41,085 nucleotides of DNA, from the IMG/VR virus record IMGVR_UViG_3300019468_000025, positions 1 through 41,085 of that record; one strand, 5' to 3'. The DNA comes from a virus. Of this stretch, positions 17,302 to 26,205 are shown piece by piece. A program made the translations under genes and the position numbers. Below the pieces are notes generated by a model. That model was not told where the DNA came from, did no database searches, and saw only the letters and a list, made by a program, of their open reading frames with translations. Positions within the stretch are counted from its first letter, which is position 1; each line of letters begins with the position of its first letter.

Positions 17302-18239
17302 TAGATATCCTCATCAAGTTTTTCTTGGATATATTCACGTACTTTGTCTAAGTTCTTGCGGTCTTTCACAGGCATCTTAGCAAGGCTGATACCATTGTCT
17401 TTGGCGAATGAACGGCACTCGGATAAGTTCAATGTGAATACATCGACCTCATCTGAGTCTCCCTCCCCCTCGTCATCTTCTTCCTCATCGTCAGTTTCTT
17501 CTAACGCTTCTTGGATAGCGGCTAAGGCAGCAGATTTACGTTTCTTTTGCTTAGCAGTAAGCTTAATATCGTTCTCTTCTGCGAATTCTACGAGTTGCTC
17601 TAGGGGCATATCCTCTAGGTCTACATCGTCATCATCTTCCTCAGACTCTGTATCATCTTCTTCCGTTTCTTCGTCCTCTGCTTCTTCCTCTTCGTCTTCA
17701 TCACCAAGGGCTTCTTGAATAGCTTCTAGAGCAGCTGACTTACGTTTCTTTTGCTTAGCTGTGAGTTTGATGTCATTTTCTTCCGCAAATTCGATAAGTT
17801 CTTCTAAGGACATTTCTTCCAAGTCTACGTCTTCGCTATCGTCATCATCTTCTACCCCAGTAGAATCCAGTGGGAATACATCAGTTACACGAGAGCGCTT
17901 CTTGCCGTCATATGTTTCATGAGCGATAGTTACACCACAGTTGCAGCCTTCACATTCATCTAAGTTTAATTGGAATGCTTTATCTGGAACAGGTACACCA
18001 AGGGCGATAAGTAAGTTTTTAAGGTTAAATAAAGATTGTGGTAATAGACTAGTATTGTGATAGATTTTACTACCTTTTTGCTTGCCATCAAGTACTTTAA
18101 ATACCCATTTTAAATATTGATTGCCTTGCTGGGATTCCTCTACGCTTACTTCATCAACGGTTACAGCGTATTCACCTTCTGGAATCACACCACCAACAGA
18201 TACGTCTTTCATGTTTAGATTTAATACACGTTTAGCCAT
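17301..18239 (-). CDS. SSB-like (DUF669/gp2.5-like) protein with tandem HeH/Rho_N-like repeats and acidic linkers
   Basis: The N-terminal domain (EGEYAVTVDEVSV...YLKWVFKVLDG) is followed by two 68-aa repeats (DVDLEEMSLEELIEFAEENDIKLTAKQKKRKSAALEAIQEAL) with a degenerate third copy, and by poly-D/E tracts. Confidence 0.45.
   Translation of the reverse strand: MAKRVLNLNMKDVSVGGVIPEGEYAVTVDEVSVEESQQGNQYLKWVFKVLDGKQKGSKIYHNTSLLPQSLFNLKNLLIALGVPVPDKAFQLNLDECEGCNCGVTIAHETYDGKKRSRVTDVFPLDSTGVEDDDDSEDVDLEEMSLEELIEFAEENDIKLTAKQKKRKSAALEAIQEALGDEDEEEEAEDEETEEDDTESEEDDDDVDLEDMPLEQLVEFAEENDIKLTAKQKKRKSAALAAIQEALEETDDEEEDDEGEGDSDEVDVFTLNLSECRSFAKDNGISLAKMPVKDRKNLDKVREYIQEKLDEDI
17423..17831. repeat. Tandem direct repeat of 2 x 204 bp plus a degenerate third unit
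   Basis: ttacgtttcttttgcttagc recurs at about 17541 and 17745. The repeats encode the HeH repeats of the SSB-like protein. Confidence 0.6.
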
Positions 18240-18240
18240 T

Positions 18241-19023
18241 TTAGTCTTCTCCTGTCATTAATTCAACAATGTCCTTATAAGTAGGATTCACAATAGATTT
18301 AGGTACTTCGCCTTCGAGCTTAGGGTCCCGGCGTAGTTTAGTGATATATTTCGAATGTGGACCAAGTCTCATGCGGTATTCTACTACCTCCTTAGAGGTT
18401 ACTTTACCACCTTTCTTAACTTGCTTCACGGTCTCACTAATATAGGTATTACCAATCACACCGACAGCAGCATTTAGAATCTTAGCTACGGATGGTGATA
18501 CGTATGGGCCTACCTCTGGAGTAATCATGTTATCTTCATCATAATCCTCTACCCGGGTCTCGCGGTCTTGTGCCGTAAATACAATATTGAATGGTAGGTC
18601 TCTGAATAACATAAGCCAGGTCTTCATAAGGCCCGATATTTCACCCCAGCCACGTTGGCTGATAGTGCCAGTAGGTGCTACCTTCTTAGCAGCTAGTTCT
18701 TGTAGAGCTGTGACCGTATCAATACATACAGTCTTATACTTATCAGTATCTTTCAGGTACCAATAGAGCTCTTCGAATTCATCCCAAGACTCAATGGGTA
18801 CAACATAAGCATCCTTAGTCTCACGGATAGAGGTAGTGCCCTTTTCACGGATATCCACAATTAGGATGGGCCCAGGGCAACTAGCGAGGAATGTGGTCTT
18901 GCCAGTACCACTACGACCGTAGACAAGCATTTTGAGGTGATTCTCCACGTCCTTCACTGATTTGATACGGTCAGCTATCGGATGGCTCACTGTCGGCTTC
19001 CTCGCCTTCGTCTTTACTCTCAT
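18241..19023 (-). CDS. Sak4-like RecA-family ATPase (AAA_24)
   Basis: A P-loop LVYGRSGTGKTTF. The start is taken at the second ATG (MRVKT), which has an AAAGGAG ribosome-binding site. Confidence 0.65.
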   Translation of the reverse strand: MRVKTKARKPTVSHPIADRIKSVKDVENHLKMLVYGRSGTGKTTFLASCPGPILIVDIREKGTTSIRETKDAYVVPIESWDEFEELYWYLKDTDKYKTVCIDTVTALQELAAKKVAPTGTISQRGWGEISGLMKTWLMLFRDLPFNIVFTAQDRETRVEDYDEDNMITPEVGPYVSPSVAKILNAAVGVIGNTYISETVKQVKKGGKVTSKEVVEYRMRLGPHSKYITKLRRDPKLEGEVPKSIVNPTYKDIVELMTGED

Positions 19024-19981
19024 GTGAGTATCTCCTTTCTTCAAATTCATATTCTTTAATATAATGAGTATCTAAACCCATCATCTCTGCTTGGCAGAGA
19101 CTATAAAACTCACAGTGCTCACATTCACGGGACAATAGCCGATAGGGAAAGTCTTTTAGGTATTCCATTTCCTTAGCTATGATTTGTAATTCTGAAAGCA
19201 ATATATCAACCATACCATCAGGCTTGGGCATGAATCTGCGTTCATAGAACTTATTTCTACGAGCATTTTCTAGCTCAGCTTGATAGTCATTTGGGTCCAG
19301 ACCATTATCTAGAATAGCTTGCATATAAGTAGCCTCGTCCGTTTTGATTTTCTTATTACGGCTGAGGGTACCGTTTTTTAGTAACTGGGGTACTGTCGGT
19401 GGTTTTGTGAGTAAGTAGTCGAATGCTACTCCAGTTGGCTCATATCCAAGTATCTGACATACACGGATATAGATAGCGGTTTGTAAGTCATTCATTCGAT
19501 ACCCCTCGGTAGGGATAGCTCTACCTACCGTCTTATGTTCACCTACCCACATACCTCGATTGTTTTCAAAGAGCCAGTCAATTCGTCCGGTAATGAATAC
19601 ACCAGGCACTATCTCGAATGGCTCTTGACCTTCTTTCACATTACCGAAGGACAACTCTGTGGCTATTGTGTGAAATTCTTCATCAGCCCAATGCTCTTCA
19701 TAGCCAATCATGATTCTTTCACATTCAGCGGGAAGGTTACCATAGTACTCCTTCTCCTCTTCCATGAGTTTATCATACTCGGCTTGGGCTTCTTCAATGA
19801 CTGGGTACCAATCCTCGCCTTTTAGATACAATTCTAAGCAATCATGGATAATGGAGCCCCTTCGTAGCGGCAGGCTTTTCCTCCGCTTCTGTAACTTCTG
19901 GACTCGCTTATAATGCCACAACTGACGGCAGAACTTCCAGTCTCTGATGGAGCTAAATGATAATATTACAGGTGGCTCCAT
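18971..19981 (-). CDS. PD-(D/E)XK exonuclease, Cas4/RecB-like, with an Fe-S cysteine cluster
   Basis: The motif GRIDWLFE...VGEHKTV, and a C-terminal CEHCEFYSLC paired with an N-terminal cysteine. Confidence 0.65.
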   Translation of the reverse strand: MEPPVILSFSSIRDWKFCRQLWHYKRVQKLQKRRKSLPLRRGSIIHDCLELYLKGEDWYPVIEEAQAEYDKLMEEEKEYYGNLPAECERIMIGYEEHWADEEFHTIATELSFGNVKEGQEPFEIVPGVFITGRIDWLFENNRGMWVGEHKTVGRAIPTEGYRMNDLQTAIYIRVCQILGYEPTGVAFDYLLTKPPTVPQLLKNGTLSRNKKIKTDEATYMQAILDNGLDPNDYQAELENARRNKFYERRFMPKPDGMVDILLSELQIIAKEMEYLKDFPYRLLSRECEHCEFYSLCQAEMMGLDTHYIKEYEFEERRYSHESKDEGEEADSEPSDS

Positions 19982-20044
19982 CTAGTCACCTCCTTTCATG
20001 CTTATAATATATCATGTATGATATGTGATGTCAATGGTAAAATT

Positions 20045-22381
20045 CTACGATTTAGAGAGCTCTTTAAGTCTTTTAAAGTTCACTCCGTTGATGTCATCAT
20101 ACACCACTTCACCTGAGCCCCAAGGGCCAGCCTTTACCTCAACGTCTATAGGCACAGTAATTTGTGTCTTAAAGACTTTCTCGATGTGTTCCATATCCGT
20201 CATGATGTCTACAATCACAGGTACCGCTTCCTCTAGATAGTCATTACGTACCTCAAAGAGAATAGCGTCATGGACAGTACCTATAATTTTAACTCTTTCC
20301 ATGTCTAAGGTGTGAGCGATTCTAACCAGAGAGAATATATTGAAATCAGAGCCCAACCCCTGTACAGGTGAGTTTATAGCTTGACGTTCAGCTTCTGCGG
20401 CCAGTTTTTTGTCGCTGCTGTATATATCAGGCAAGTTCCTCTTACGTCCAACTAGGCTCCTTACATACCCATATTTTTTAACAATACGCCTCATGCGGTC
20501 ATGCCATGTAGGTAAGGCAAAGTAGGATTCAAAGAATCTCTGGCGAGTCTCGATAGCTTCTTCCTCGGTGTAATCTACTCCATATTTATCACGGGCATAC
20601 TCACGGAATTTCTTAGCGGACATACCATACAGGAAGCCAAAGTTAACTGCCTTGGCTTTCTTACGTTGGTCCTTTGTGACTTCCTCGAGTGGTACGCCCA
20701 TCACATTGGAGGCAGTCTTCTGGTGTACATCAATACCAGTTTGAAAGCACATTTTTAGTGTTGGGTCACCACTCATGATAGCGGCTATACGTAGCTCAGC
20801 TTGTGAGTAGTCGGCTTCACATAATGTCCAGCCAGGTGGTGCACTAATCAAAGAGCGTACTAGCTTATTACGTGGCACCTGTTGGAGATTAGGGTCCTTG
20901 CAGGAGATACGGCCAGTCACTGTGCCATGCAGTAGGAAAGAAGGGTGTATACGGTTATCAATGCTGACCTCTTTCCACTTGGTAGGGAATTCCAGCAATT
21001 TCTTTTGCTCACGGTAAGACAATAACTCACCAATGATGGGGTGCTGGTCTTTCAACCGTGGTAGCACACTTTCACCATTGGTGCTTGGCTTACCTGATTT
21101 TGTGAGCTCTAATATCGGTAGTCCCATTTCATCATAAAGTAGCTTAGCTAATTGCTGTGAGCTATTCCAATTAATATCATCATGACCAGACAGTTCAGCT
21201 AATGTCTTCAAAGAGGCTTGCATACTACCAGAGAGTTGACTAATCACACTGTCTACTTTGTCTGGGTCTATGTATGCACCATGTAGCTCAACGTCTTCAA
21301 AAGCTCGTGAAGCGGGCATAATAAGCTTGTTAAACAATCTAGCCAAAGGCTTATCAGCCATAAGCTCCTTACGTTGTAAGTGATATAGCCGGAGAGTATA
21401 ATGTACATCATAGGCATTATATTTGGCTAGCTTTCTCATATCTAGCTCATTAGCACCGTGGTCTTCTAAGGCATAACTAGGTGCATTGAGTAATACAGTA
21501 GCCATAGCTTTGAGCCCATTAGGTGTGTTTTCATTCAATAGAGCAGAGGCTAACATGGTATCAAAGGTCTGGTGAAATCTCCAACCCAGTTTGGTATACA
21601 TCATTTTGTTATCAAACTTGCCATTTTGTGCTATCAATTTCTTGCCTTTTGTGACCTGTGAGACCTGCTCTAATATTTTGATAAGGTTTCTATCGTCAGA
21701 GGACCAAGGGGACCCGTCATGGTCAATTGGGATAACCCATTCAGCGCCATCAACGCCTAATCCTAAACAGGTAATTTTGACATCAGGGTCTAGTGGGTTA
21801 AGGCCTGTGGTCTCAATATCATAAGAGATAGCGTCAGCAGCAGCGAGTGACCTAATCATAGCTTTGGCTTTATTAGGTGTATTCACAAGAGTAAAATTAA
21901 GTACATTCTCATCTTCGATACGGCCACCGATGACCTTAGAGAAGGTGTTCCAATGTGCTTTAACAAGCTCCCACTTCTGTGGCTGTCTAAATGTGATTGC
22001 AGGGTCCATGCTGAACATATAGGTCCTATCATCAATAGTAGTATTCATACCAGCATTCTCTGTGATTTTACCTTTACCAAGTATAGCGGTCACAGCCATA
22101 GCACCAATACCAATCACATAATTAAATTTGTCTAATATAGGTACGATACGCTCCTTATATGATTCTTGTATTTGCTTCTTAGGTACCTTCTCAGTGACTA
22201 GCTGCTCACAGATATAGGCCGTAGAACATTCCTCAGGCTCTACACCTAATATGGCTATAAGCTCATTGAGTTGTTTCTTGATTCTACCAGAGAATGGTTT
22301 ACCTGTGGCCTCATCAGAGTAACCAGGTTGACCCCCTAGTATAAGTATATTAGAGCATTTCTTAATATCTAAGTACATCAT
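20045..22381 (-). CDS. Family A DNA polymerase with 3'-5' exonuclease and an N-terminal family-4 UDG-like domain
   Basis: ExoI ISYDIETTG; motif A DYSQAELRIAA; motif B KAKAVNFGFLYGMS; motif C VHDAILFEV. The N-terminus reads ILGGQPGYSDEATGKPFSG, which resembles the UDG-family-4 GEAPG...GxPFxG motif. Confidence 0.85.
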   Translation of the reverse strand: MMYLDIKKCSNILILGGQPGYSDEATGKPFSGRIKKQLNELIAILGVEPEECSTAYICEQLVTEKVPKKQIQESYKERIVPILDKFNYVIGIGAMAVTAILGKGKITENAGMNTTIDDRTYMFSMDPAITFRQPQKWELVKAHWNTFSKVIGGRIEDENVLNFTLVNTPNKAKAMIRSLAAADAISYDIETTGLNPLDPDVKITCLGLGVDGAEWVIPIDHDGSPWSSDDRNLIKILEQVSQVTKGKKLIAQNGKFDNKMMYTKLGWRFHQTFDTMLASALLNENTPNGLKAMATVLLNAPSYALEDHGANELDMRKLAKYNAYDVHYTLRLYHLQRKELMADKPLARLFNKLIMPASRAFEDVELHGAYIDPDKVDSVISQLSGSMQASLKTLAELSGHDDINWNSSQQLAKLLYDEMGLPILELTKSGKPSTNGESVLPRLKDQHPIIGELLSYREQKKLLEFPTKWKEVSIDNRIHPSFLLHGTVTGRISCKDPNLQQVPRNKLVRSLISAPPGWTLCEADYSQAELRIAAIMSGDPTLKMCFQTGIDVHQKTASNVMGVPLEEVTKDQRKKAKAVNFGFLYGMSAKKFREYARDKYGVDYTEEEAIETRQRFFESYFALPTWHDRMRRIVKKYGYVRSLVGRKRNLPDIYSSDKKLAAEAERQAINSPVQGLGSDFNIFSLVRIAHTLDMERVKIIGTVHDAILFEVRNDYLEEAVPVIVDIMTDMEHIEKVFKTQITVPIDVEVKAGPWGSGEVVYDDINGVNFKRLKELSKS

Positions 22382-22797
22382 CTTACCACCTCGATACCAG
22401 CATACACAAGAGTTCTATAACCATTGTGCTTGCCATTGTATTCACTCATAATCACTACTTTCTTTACTCCCGCATTGATAAGTAGCTTAGCACAAGAGTG
22501 ACATGGGCATACAGTCACATAGCATGTAGAGCCTTCGAGAGCGATACCTTTCCGAGCGGCATAGCTAATAGCCGAGGCCTCTGCATGAAGAGCATTAGTA
22601 CAGTGGTGGTCACTGTCTTCTTGACAGCCAACTTCTGTACAATGTGGCATACCAGAGGGAGCACCATTGTAGCCCGTACATACGATTCTACCATCTAGTG
22701 TGAATACTGCCCCAACTTGAAGTTTAGGGCAGGTACCACGTTTGGACACAAGTTGAGCTATTTCTTTGTATAGTTCATCTCGTGCAATTCTTTCCAT
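22378..22797 (-). CDS. dCMP deaminase (cytidine/deoxycytidylate deaminase zinc-binding fold)
   Basis: HAEASAI and CPCHSCAKLL motifs. Confidence 0.8.
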   Translation of the reverse strand: MERIARDELYKEIAQLVSKRGTCPKLQVGAVFTLDGRIVCTGYNGAPSGMPHCTEVGCQEDSDHHCTNALHAEASAISYAARKGIALEGSTCYVTVCPCHSCAKLLINAGVKKVVIMSEYNGKHNGYRTLVYAGIEVVR

Positions 22798-23480
22798 TAG
22801 AATACTCCTTTGATATCCTTAATGAATACATGGAGAGAGCCTATCCAGTGAGTAAATACACCCGGCCTTATTCCAAGCTTTTTAGCTATATGATGTTGCA
22901 TAAGTACGGCTAAATACACATCATTATTGAAATGTGTAGCGAAGTCACTAGAGCGCTGTAGGTAGGTGATATTAAGCTTCCCTTTACGTATTTGGAATTG
23001 ATAACCAAGAGTACAAGGTACACGAGATACACCACCTGTTTTAGTGATATCTTCCGGAGTCCAGACAGACATATAGGCTTGTCGGCTATACATATCATTT
23101 TCAAGGGTAGACACTACACGGTCTATTTGATTGAAGTCACTGATGCGGTCAGGGTAAGTATAACCAAACTTGCCTTCATCGTCTAGGAAATCGTCCCATA
23201 CGTCTTTACGTAGTCTATAGGCTTCACCTGGATTCATGTGCTTACCAGAGATACGCTCCTGGAACTCAGCATCTGCCCATGGCTGTGTTGGTTGCATTTC
23301 AGAAGGGTTACTTGTATCATACACACAGTACATATAGTTCTGGAGCTCCTTAGTGGCCATCTGTGGGTCATCGCCAATATATTTATCTTGGTAGGTTTGT
23401 GTATGTACACCGATACCCATCTCAGCTAAATCACGTCTTACCTCTGAGCGTACTTCTCTAAAATCTTGGTATATTCTCAT
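22797..23480 (-). CDS. Thymidylate-synthase-fold protein (ThyA or dNMP hydroxymethylase family), divergent and short
   Basis: The C-terminal half aligns with the ThyA core (VPCTLGYQFQIRKGKLNITYLQRSSDF...GSLHVF against PCH..QFYV.DGKLSCQLYQRS.D...GD.H.Y). The N-terminal half lacks the ThyA-like TGTGT loop region. Confidence 0.55.
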   Translation of the reverse strand: MRIYQDFREVRSEVRRDLAEMGIGVHTQTYQDKYIGDDPQMATKELQNYMYCVYDTSNPSEMQPTQPWADAEFQERISGKHMNPGEAYRLRKDVWDDFLDDEGKFGYTYPDRISDFNQIDRVVSTLENDMYSRQAYMSVWTPEDITKTGGVSRVPCTLGYQFQIRKGKLNITYLQRSSDFATHFNNDVYLAVLMQHHIAKKLGIRPGVFTHWIGSLHVFIKDIKGVF

Positions 23481-24241
23481 TTGATATATCCTTCTTTCTT
23501 TAATACTTTATAGCAGTAATCTAAATCATCACAATATGAGTAGTAGAATTCATGCATACGTCTTTGGGCACGGAATTTATCCTGGTGCTCTGGGTCAAGA
23601 CTCGCATGGTGACCAATACAGTAAAGCATCTTATGTCTCCAATAGTCATGTGGGCATTTAACCACAAAATCCATAACCTCTTTGGCCGGCATGAATTGAA
23701 ATAGTAAGATAGTGAATAGTCCTTGACTATAGGCAGACCCGAACGTAAAGTCTACATATTGTAGCTCTTTCCCTTTGATAAGTGGCGGTATGATATTATG
23801 ATGGAGCCAATATAGGTCAGCACCGAACTTCTGGATAATCTCAGTAGAACGGTAATTCAGGAATACCCATGCTCTCTTCTTATCTACCACAAGAGTTAAG
23901 TTGTTTAAGCAATACCCTTGGGACTTAGCTCTTTTAGGTTTGTGACCAAAGTCAAATGTCAAGATACTAGCGCCCATATCACTCCTGAGGTCAAGCTTAT
24001 CTAGGAACATTTGATAGCGTTCTTTATCTAAGTAGTTCCGTTCAAGATGTTTTATCTTGCTTTCATTACTACTATAGGATAAGTCCACAAGGTCATGTGA
24101 GCACCCTTCTAGCCAGTCATCACCGGGTATTCTAAATCTATGGCCAATACGTAGCTTCGTGAGCCCCTTTACAATCATGGGCTCCGAGCTATCATAGGCT
24201 AAGTCTTTAATTTGTTGTAGCCAATGTTCCGTAATGTTCAT
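23477..24241 (-). CDS. Hypothetical protein (254 aa) within the nucleotide-metabolism cluster
   Basis: No motif recognised. It is translationally coupled to both neighbours. Confidence 0.5.
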   Translation of the reverse strand: MNITEHWLQQIKDLAYDSSEPMIVKGLTKLRIGHRFRIPGDDWLEGCSHDLVDLSYSSNESKIKHLERNYLDKERYQMFLDKLDLRSDMGASILTFDFGHKPKRAKSQGYCLNNLTLVVDKKRAWVFLNYRSTEIIQKFGADLYWLHHNIIPPLIKGKELQYVDFTFGSAYSQGLFTILLFQFMPAKEVMDFVVKCPHDYWRHKMLYCIGHHASLDPEHQDKFRAQRRMHEFYYSYCDDLDYCYKVLKKEGYIK

Positions 24242-24891
24242 TAGTAGTTACTCCGTTGGCGGAACTTATTGACTTCATTCTTACGGAAATAGAGACCATA
24301 TACCTCTTTGGCTGTGAGACCAGCTCTTACAAGTACAGCAAGTAGCATAAGTAGTGCTTCTTTCATGTAGCCGTAGAACTTGTCTTCATCGGTCATCATT
24401 TGTGATTGTTTCCATGGCTTATTTTTGAGGCAGTTCATAGCAAGACCCACCTTCTCAATGATGTGGTATTCAGTAACCGGCTTCATACCCATCACATATA
24501 AATTTCCTAGGTCCATGAGGTAGACTAATAGGTCAGTTTTTAGACCGTCTGGTCGGTATGATTCAGGGCTAAGACCAGCTAAGATTTGTTGCTCAACCAT
24601 GAAGTGTAGAGCGTCAATCATTTCTTCTAGGTAGTGTTCATAGTGGTCTAACACATCACGTGCCTCAGTGGCTTCTGTGACTTCTTCTGTAATACGCCAA
24701 GCAAAGTCTTTCAATCGTGCTTGACCCTTAGAGTCATGGATATTTACAGGGCAGTCAGGTGTCTGGAGCAAGCCATTACGTTCTTCGATAGGGTGATATT
24801 TCACCATAAGAGCTGCTTGACGTTCGAAGATAGCTTCTAAGTAACCCCCTTGTGGGTAGTCTGTTGGCGCTGTAAAATCATTAATGTTCAT
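24241..24891 (-). CDS. All-alpha NTP pyrophosphatase, dimeric dUTPase/dCTPase-like
   Basis: EEMIDALHFMV and a C-terminal LYFRKNEVNKFRQRSNY resemble dimeric dUTPase motifs (vDiwHFil; YigKNvLNifRQ..GY). Confidence 0.45.
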   Translation of the reverse strand: MNINDFTAPTDYPQGGYLEAIFERQAALMVKYHPIEERNGLLQTPDCPVNIHDSKGQARLKDFAWRITEEVTEATEARDVLDHYEHYLEEMIDALHFMVEQQILAGLSPESYRPDGLKTDLLVYLMDLGNLYVMGMKPVTEYHIIEKVGLAMNCLKNKPWKQSQMMTDEDKFYGYMKEALLMLLAVLVRAGLTAKEVYGLYFRKNEVNKFRQRSNY

Positions 24892-24892
24892 T

Positions 24893-25396
24893 TTAGTGTT
24901 CCTCCAATCTGTCTAGTACACGTTGAGCATCTGGGTCTTTTGTGAAGTCATAATAAATCACATTATCCTTACCCAATAGCTTCTGTGCAGTTCTCATCAA
25001 GTTTCTATATGCTAATAAGCATTTAATGTCGTTCTCTTTGACACCGTCCATCTGTTCACGTTCATGGAATGTACCACGAATAACCTCTATACCTGGGTCA
25101 CAATAGATAACCAACGGATGAGCATCTACTAGCATGAATAGTAAATCTTCTAGGTAGTTGCTGATGTCACTATACCCACGTATGATATTGCCATAGACAG
25201 TCTCACTGAATATAGGGAATCTATCGTAGATTCTGCTGTCAGTGCGAGCTAGCTCATCTTTACACCATTGAACGTGTTCAGCACATGGGCCGGGTGAGAC
25301 TACTACCTCGTGATGAGGTAGGTAGCTCGACAGTTTTTTAACTAAGGTGGACTTACCGGTGTTGTCCATGCCTTCAATGATTATGAGTTTCTTCAT
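24893..25396 (-). CDS. Thymidylate-kinase-like dNMP kinase
   Basis: A P-loop IIIEGMDNTGKST and a DRF..S..VYG motif (the Tmk DRY motif). Confidence 0.65.
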   Translation of the reverse strand: MKKLIIIEGMDNTGKSTLVKKLSSYLPHHEVVVSPGPCAEHVQWCKDELARTDSRIYDRFPIFSETVYGNIIRGYSDISNYLEDLLFMLVDAHPLVIYCDPGIEVIRGTFHEREQMDGVKENDIKCLLAYRNLMRTAQKLLGKDNVIYYDFTKDPDAQRVLDRLEEH

Positions 25397-25754
25397 TGGC
25401 CTGGTTTTCCTCCTTAGCTTTTTCTTTCTCTACTGCGTTTATTACTTCTTTAAGTAATGGTACATCAAGATATTGGAGTGTTTCTAATGTGGCGATAGAT
25501 AATGGTACATTATTACCATTCGCAAAGCAAGAGAAAGCCTCCTCGTCACCCCGTTTATCTAAATAGAGTACGTTCTTTTGGCCACTAGCTGAGTATGCTG
25601 TCATAATGGCCTCTGCAAACTCCATATTATCTTCTGGGAATCGTAGTAAGAGTTGATACAACAAGGTATACATAGCATGAGCTATTTCTTTACCTTGTAA
25701 CTCCTGGTCAATAACTACTGTAAGATTATTGTCTTTCTCTAGTACAATCTTCAT
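25374..25754 (-). CDS. Hypothetical protein (126 aa)
   Basis: An ORF in the early leftward operon. Confidence 0.45.
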   Translation of the reverse strand: MKIVLEKDNNLTVVIDQELQGKEIAHAMYTLLYQLLLRFPEDNMEFAEAIMTAYSASGQKNVLYLDKRGDEEAFSCFANGNNVPLSIATLETLQYLDVPLLKEVINAVEKEKAKEENQANEETHNH

Positions 25755-25755
25755 C

Positions 25756-26070
25756 TTAACCTTCTTTCTGCCAAAGATGATTGGCGTTTTTTACATTAAA
25801 GTCACGGGTACTAATACCGCATACAGAGCAGTTTTTAGTACCTAAATGGTTGTTGGTAATGAAAGTACGTTCTTGACCACAGTATGGGCACCAGTACTTA
25901 CTACCTCTGTGCTTATAACCAACAGGCGGCTCACCATTGCCATCATTGTTAACTATCATAGCTCTGGTATTCCCATCTCTCATGCGATTAGCCACCTCTT
26001 GTGCAATCGGTAAAGCTAGGGGCTTTGTTTCAGCCTTCTTACCATTTCTTGATACAAATACCTTGTACAT
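25756..26070 (-). CDS. Zinc-ribbon protein (CxxC...CxxC), first gene of the leftward early operon
   Basis: The motif CPYCGQERTF...CSVCG, and an AAAGGAGG ribosome-binding site. Confidence 0.5.
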   Translation of the reverse strand: MYKVFVSRNGKKAETKPLALPIAQEVANRMRDGNTRAMIVNNDGNGEPPVGYKHRGSKYWCPYCGQERTFITNNHLGTKNCSVCGISTRDFNVKNANHLWQKEG

Positions 26071-26116
26071 ATTTACCTCCTTTTAGTAGCTACGATAGTA
26101 GCAATACAAGTATTGG

Positions 26117-26145
26117 TTATGCTCATATTATATCACCCCGAAAGT
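26117..26145 (-). promoter_or_regulatory. Leftward early promoter (TTTACA-17-TGaTATAAT on the minus strand)
   Basis: On the minus strand the sequence reads ctatttacaaattactttcggggtgatataat. Confidence 0.6.
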
Positions 26146-26176
26146 AATTTGTAAATAGTAAAATTCTACAAAATGA

Positions 26177-26205
26177 TTGACAATTTATAGTAGCATATTT
26201 ATAAT
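26177..26205 (+). promoter_or_regulatory. Rightward early promoter (TTGACA-17-TATAAT)
   Basis: Consensus hexamers with a 17-nt spacer, divergent from the leftward promoter. Confidence 0.65.

Noticed and set aside
17344-17718. A 124-aa Ser-rich plus-strand ORF
   Set aside because: It is antisense to the acidic, repetitive part of the SSB-like gene, and a low-complexity repeat will produce an open frame on the opposite strand.
19535-23429. Short plus-strand ORFs inside the polymerase, deaminase and ThyA-fold genes (19535..19825, 20025..20240, 21591..21824, 21953..22135, 22498..22698, 22992..23186, 23238..23429)
   Set aside because: They are embedded antisense in long, motif-supported minus-strand genes.
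23477-24241. The 254-aa ORF considered as an integrase, methyltransferase or second ThyA/ThyX
   Set aside because: It has no R..H..R..Y tyrosine-recombinase motif, no SAM-binding motif and no RHRxxS ThyX motif, so I left it as hypothetical.
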